Assembly (NCBI GenBank): GCA_029838195.1
Contig: JALGVJ010000067.1
Span: 1-10,943, forward strand
From: Promethearchaeota archaeon
GTDB taxonomy: Archaea > Asgardarchaeota > Lokiarchaeia > Sigyniarchaeales > SOKP01
Length of the DNA: 10,943 nucleotides
Reading direction: 5' to 3'
Translations under genes and position numbers: made by a program
Part shown: piece after piece, positions 7,151 to 10,943 of the stretch
Layout: each line of letters starts with the position of its first letter
How positions within the stretch are numbered: the first letter of the stretch is position 1
The notes under the pieces: model-generated
Told to the model about the DNA's origin: nothing
Seen by the model: the letters and a program-made list of their open reading frames with translations, nothing else
Database searches by the model: none

Positions 7151-7999
7151 TTAAAACGGCTCTTTTTTTGATATCGGATTCCATTGATCAGATAACTCCC
7201 CGAGATTTTTTGAATTTTTTAAATTTATGGGGATGAATTTTAATTTATTGTTGTTTAATAGCAATTTCTTTAGATTCTTAATCTCGCTTAAACTTTCAGG
7301 TAAAAATTTTATTTGATTTCCATTTAAAATTAATTCTTTTAAATTTTGGAGTTTTCCAATTGATTCGGGGATATTTTTTAATTGATTTCCCCATAAATTA
7401 ATATACTCAATTGATTCTAAAGAACTGATTGTTTTTGGTAAAATTTTTATTTTATTCCAAAAAAGATCTAACACTTTTAAATTTCTAAGCTTTTGAAATG
7501 AGAAGGGAATCTCCTTTAAATCGTTATGACTAAGATATAAAAATTTAAGGGACTTTAAGGATCCTAATTGGTCATAGTTTGTTTTTATTTTATTCCATAA
7601 TAAATCTAAATATTCTAAGGAATTTAATGAGGAGATTGAGTATGGTAAAGCTTCAATTTTATTCTTTCCTAAATGTAGTTTTTTCAATTTTTTTAGTTTT
7701 CCTATAGATTCAGGAATTTTATTTAAAAAATTATTATCAAGATTAAAGTATTCTAGTTGAGTAATGTTACCAATTTCATCTGGTAAAACTTTTAAATTAT
7801 TTAAATAAAGATTTAAATATTTTATTTGATTTAAATTTGAAAAGGTTTGGGGGAGTTCTTTTAAATTATTATTGCTTAGATTTAATAATTTAAGAGAATT
7901 GAGATTTCCTATTTCCCTGGGCAAAAAGGTTAGTTTATTTTTCTCTAAATTTAATATTTCTGAATTATTATAATTAATATAGATAAGATAATAAACCAA
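7151..7999 (-). CDS. leucine-rich repeat protein (11 full 23-aa repeats plus a degenerate 12th); start uncertain (TTG)
   Basis: Repeats fit LxLxxNxLxxLPxxIGxLxxLxx (e.g. LNLEKNKLTFLPREIGNLNSLKL, INLWGNQLKNIPESIGKLQNLKE). Ends with WNPI. Confidence 0.9.
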   Translation of the reverse strand: MVYYLIYINYNNSEILNLEKNKLTFLPREIGNLNSLKLLNLSNNNLKELPQTFSNLNQIKYLNLYLNNLKVLPDEIGNITQLEYFNLDNNFLNKIPESIGKLKKLKKLHLGKNKIEALPYSISSLNSLEYLDLLWNKIKTNYDQLGSLKSLKFLYLSHNDLKEIPFSFQKLRNLKVLDLFWNKIKILPKTISSLESIEYINLWGNQLKNIPESIGKLQNLKELILNGNQIKFLPESLSEIKNLKKLLLNNNKLKFIPINLKNSKNLGELSDQWNPISKKEPF

Positions 8000-8064
8000 A
8001 AAAATAGATGATAAGCTAAATTATTTGGTTTAACTTATTGCATTAAATTTTAGAGAAGAAATAA

Positions 8065-9498
8065 TCACGTTCTAATTTCTTGAATGGTATCAAATATGGT
8101 ATCGATTCTTTCCTTAAATGTGCCGTATAACCCTTCCTCTTCCGAAAAGACAGAATTAATTGCGGTCTTTATTCCATGATGACTTTCGGAAATTAACATC
8201 CTAACGGGAAGTGTCAATATTTCACTTATCAGCATGAGAATTTCTTGAATAATTTTTATTATTTTTGGGAACGTTTCTCTAGACTTGTCTATTATGGTTG
8301 CTTCTGAATCAATTAATCCCGTCTCACTCTCTTTTTTCAACTCTTCCCATATGTTTTCTTTTAATTCACTAAAATCAATGCCTAAATTTTCAAGAGCAAT
8401 CTGAGCTCCTTCGAAGAAAAAATAGATATCATCTTTCCCTGAAAATACCCTCAAATTTTCCACCATTTCGGAAGGAGCCAATCCATCTAAAAAGCTTATC
8501 AAGAGTTCATGATAATCGTTTATTACATCAAGGGGAATGAATAATAGAATCATTTGCCGTATTTGCTGAAAAATATATCCAAAAATTTTTGCTACAACTT
8601 GATTCTGAAGACTTTTTTCTATTACGCCTCCATATTCATTCAAGAGATGTATGAAAAGAAATCCTAGAAGTCTAATCATATCATCCTCATAATTTTGAAA
8701 GTACTCGAAGAAATTTTCGGGTTCAAGATTCATTTTTTCTCTTATTAAGGTCGCAACGCGATCTTTTATGTTCTCTAAAGGTTCATCAAAATATTTTTCT
8801 AAATTATCAAAGGATAGAAAATTTTGCAATGAATCAATGAGATCCATCTTTGTGTCTTGAACATAATCTTCTTCTAATCCTTCCGTAGCACTCGTCATCT
8901 CTTTCCATTCTTGATAATCATATACCTTACAAATTAATTGTAATGCCTCTTCTTTCCGAGCGATACATTTAATTTCTGAGATTCCAATTCGATAATCATT
9001 CTTTTTTAATTTTAAGATATAATTAGCAACACCTTCTAGCATTCCACACAATCCGCAAGCCATTCCTTCACAATTCTTTTCCTTTAACTTGGAAAAATTG
9101 AATGTATCTTCATCATCAATACCATACCCCGCACAAATTGGACACTTTTTAATTGTGATTAAATAATTGTCATATTTTGAATCGGCTTCCCTTAATGTTT
9201 CATATGAAAATTCTCCCAATTCCACACCAAATACGATGCTCCAGAGGATTTCAAAATATTCTATTACTTTCCCGGGGGTCCCTGGCATGAATTTAAATAT
9301 ATTGGAATGCCTTTCACAAGATTCTAATGCGGCTTTCCTTCCAATCTCTTTCAAAATGTTGAGTGTTTGTTCTTCATTTTTCGTTATATTATTGATTTCT
9401 TTTATAATTTCTCTATATAATAAGTTATAAAAAAGAGCATTTGTAGTGCGACTAAATACTTTCGTTACTTTTTTTAAAATCCATTGGATTGCACCCAT
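8065..9498 (-). CDS. N-terminal V4R/Bet3(TRAPP)-like domain plus ~280-aa acidic helical C-terminal region; start revised to ATG 9498 (477 aa)
   Basis: LKEIGRKAA, ITIKKCPIC, ACGLCGMLEGV and ISEIKCIA match V4R/H-NOX-superfamily elements. ATG 9498 is 1 nt after the upstream stop and is preceded by SD-like GGGGTGAAGGA. Confidence 0.7.
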   Translation of the reverse strand: MGAIQWILKKVTKVFSRTTNALFYNLLYREIIKEINNITKNEEQTLNILKEIGRKAALESCERHSNIFKFMPGTPGKVIEYFEILWSIVFGVELGEFSYETLREADSKYDNYLITIKKCPICAGYGIDDEDTFNFSKLKEKNCEGMACGLCGMLEGVANYILKLKKNDYRIGISEIKCIARKEEALQLICKVYDYQEWKEMTSATEGLEEDYVQDTKMDLIDSLQNFLSFDNLEKYFDEPLENIKDRVATLIREKMNLEPENFFEYFQNYEDDMIRLLGFLFIHLLNEYGGVIEKSLQNQVVAKIFGYIFQQIRQMILLFIPLDVINDYHELLISFLDGLAPSEMVENLRVFSGKDDIYFFFEGAQIALENLGIDFSELKENIWEELKKESETGLIDSEATIIDKSRETFPKIIKIIQEILMLISEILTLPVRMLISESHHGIKTAINSVFSEEEGLYGTFKERIDTIFDTIQEIRT

Positions 9499-9499
9499 T

Positions 9500-10018
9500 T
9501 TATAATCCTTCACCCCATTGATATTTAAATATTTGAATGCAAGAAGCGTTCCCATAAGCTTGAGATTCCCGAACAGATTCAGGGAATATTTTTAATGATT
9601 GATTCTGAATATTTCTCGAATTAATTTGTTCCACTAATTCTGATATAAAACCTAATATGATTTCACATCCTGCCACTTCAATATCTTCATAATGATATTT
9701 ACATAAGGCGCAATTTTTATCAATGATTTCAATCTCATTTTCAAGATTGATGATATTTATTATAACGGAGCTATTCAAGATTTTTTTATACACGGTGGCA
9801 AGAAAATCTTTTAAATTTCTTAAATCTATAGTTGGCACGGGTGACCAGTATTTGCTAAAGGTTTTAGCAATATTCCTTCCCATGTTTCGCAATCTTTTTA
9901 TAATCTCTGCTTCATTTAGATCATTATCTTTCATGAATCGCATTAAATGATATACCGCATTTCTCATTTGGTTCGATACGGCTTGAATTTCTATTAATTC
10001 TTCCCTAGAATAATTCAT
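9500..10018 (-). CDS. stand-alone V4R/Bet3(TRAPP)-like domain protein; likely start ATG 10018 (172 aa)
   Basis: RLRNMGRNIAKTF resembles the Bet3 L-x-x-M-G-x-N-I-G helix. Also IEIIDKNCALC, GCEIILGFISEL and ESQAYGNASCIQIF (V4R C-terminal motif). The ORF-track start at 10030 is TTG. Confidence 0.72.
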   Translation of the reverse strand: MNYSREELIEIQAVSNQMRNAVYHLMRFMKDNDLNEAEIIKRLRNMGRNIAKTFSKYWSPVPTIDLRNLKDFLATVYKKILNSSVIINIINLENEIEIIDKNCALCKYHYEDIEVAGCEIILGFISELVEQINSRNIQNQSLKIFPESVRESQAYGNASCIQIFKYQWGEGL

Positions 10019-10214
10019 AACTAGCTTCAAGAATGTTTTATTTATAAAAATTAATTTTTTGAAAAACCCATTAATTAAAAATTTTTTAATTTGAATACGA
10101 TGATGATCAATATCTAAGGATTCTAAAGATCAATCTCAAATGCTAAAAATTCTTATTCATATTCATTCGTTAAAAAAGAAGGAGGAATAAAATAAAACCG
10201 CATTTATTTAGTTA

Positions 10215-10568
10215 TTACATTTTTTCTATAATCTCTCGCAATATATCTTCTCCTACTGCACCCACCATCATTCCTCTCTTGACCAAACTCCGATTTTGGA
10301 TGATGATTTCATGATCAAGTAACTTTCCGTCTTTAAAAAATAATAATGTGGGAATCGCAGTAATTCCAAAAAGATTTCCAAGTGGTCGATTCTGGTCAAG
10401 ATCTACTTGGAGTAACCTGATCAGCCCCTCGTCCCTTAGCTTATGTAAAATTGGTGCAATAAATTTACACGGTCCACACCAAGTCGTATATACATCAATG
10501 ATTACCTTCCCGTCCTTTAAATCATCGGTAATCTCTAACCCTACATCTTTCAATTCTTCAATATCCAA
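10215..10568 (-). CDS. trxA: thioredoxin
   Basis: DVYTTWCGPCKFIAP active site, cis-Pro motif GITAIPTLLFFKDGK, MVGA. TTG start. Confidence 0.93.
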   Translation of the reverse strand: MDIEELKDVGLEITDDLKDGKVIIDVYTTWCGPCKFIAPILHKLRDEGLIRLLQVDLDQNRPLGNLFGITAIPTLLFFKDGKLLDHEIIIQNRSLVKRGMMVGAVGEDILREIIEKM

Positions 10569-10721
10569 TGAAAATCAATCTCACTCTTCTTTTATTAATT
10601 TTAAATGAAATTTTGTTTTTTAACGTAGCGGGTAATTAAATGTTCATTTTTAATTTAATGATATAAAGAAAAAATAAAAAATTTTAGTTTTTAAACTATT
10701 TATTTGGAATTTTTTAAGGAA

Positions 10722-10943
10722 TATAGGAATTTCCCGCATTAAATCATGTTAAAACTTGATAGTCTTGTTATTATTTATGATGCACTAAATAACTTCGTAA
10801 AATTGCACAGCGTTTTAATTTCCGTGGATGCATGTTTATATTTTCTAATAAATTTAAAGATTGCCCGTTGAAATTCCTTAAACGTGCTAAAAAAAGTATC
10901 ATGGGTGACTTTTTTGCGTAAAAACTTCCAAAACCACTCCATT
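10722..10943 (-). mobile_element. downstream end of an IS630-family insertion sequence (runs off the window)
   Basis: Transposase C-terminus, followed ~50 nt later by a candidate terminus reading TA|TAGGAATTTCCCGCATTAAATCATG on +. IS630 elements duplicate TA (candidate 10722-10723). Confidence 0.7.
10775..10942 (-). CDS. IS630-family transposase, C-terminal 55 aa (5'-truncated by window)
   Basis: Hand translation MEWFWKFLRKKVTHDTFFSTFKEFQRAIFKFIRKYKHASTEIKTLCNFTKLFSAS*. Matches the IS630 DDE tail (LNP-[I/M]-E-x-x-W-x-x-L-[K/R]...F-x-T-F-x-E-F-x-x-A-I). Not in the ORF track. Confidence 0.82.
   Translation of the reverse strand: MEWFWKFLRKKVTHDTFFSTFKEFQRAIFKFIRKYKHASTEIKTLCNFTKLFSAS

Noticed and set aside
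7151-7999. CRISPR array or DNA tandem repeat
   Set aside because: The 69-nt periodicity is explained by protein LRRs. I saw no identical repeat-spacer structure anywhere in the window.
9499-9555. ORF-track start at 9555 for the large V4R-like gene
   Set aside because: It creates a 56-nt overlap with the upstream gene. ATG 9498 has an SD-like element and coupled spacing.
9167-9950. ORFs 9167..9430 (+) and 9723..9950 (+)
   Set aside because: Antisense shadows of the V4R-like genes.
10348-10608. 86-aa ORF on +
   Set aside because: Antisense to thioredoxin.
10746-10871. 41-aa + strand ORF (MLKLDSLVIIYDALNN...)
   Set aside because: Antisense to the IS630 transposase tail, which has the recognisable motif.

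Overview
AT-rich archaeal chromosomal window. An Asgard (Lokiarchaeia-like) origin is inferred from the archaeal 16S tail plus the LRR, V4R/TRAPP-like and B12-radical-SAM gene content; this was not confirmed by a search. In order it contains: the 3' end of a 16S rRNA gene with no 23S following; a tRNA-Ala(UGC) with a 30-nt non-canonical intron at 32/33 in a bulge-helix-bulge motif; a possible single-TM microprotein; an archaeal YchF/Obg GTPase (-); a ThiF/HesA adenylyltransferase, a cobalamin-binding radical SAM enzyme and an un-called 38-aa peptide ORF (MKLSKKLMATLLVLLTISYGLSLATA|GVSQPGCAETNP), all on +; an ADP-forming acyl-CoA synthetase alpha subunit (+); an LRR-only protein, two closely spaced V4R/Bet3(TRAPP)-like genes and a thioredoxin (all -); and the un-called C-terminus and end of an IS630-family element at the window edge. 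The best candidate for a new system is the ThiF + B12-rSAM + signal-peptide-led precursor trio, a putative archaeal RiPP or peptide-signal pathway. The V4R/TRAPP-like pair and the 32/33 tRNA intron come next.
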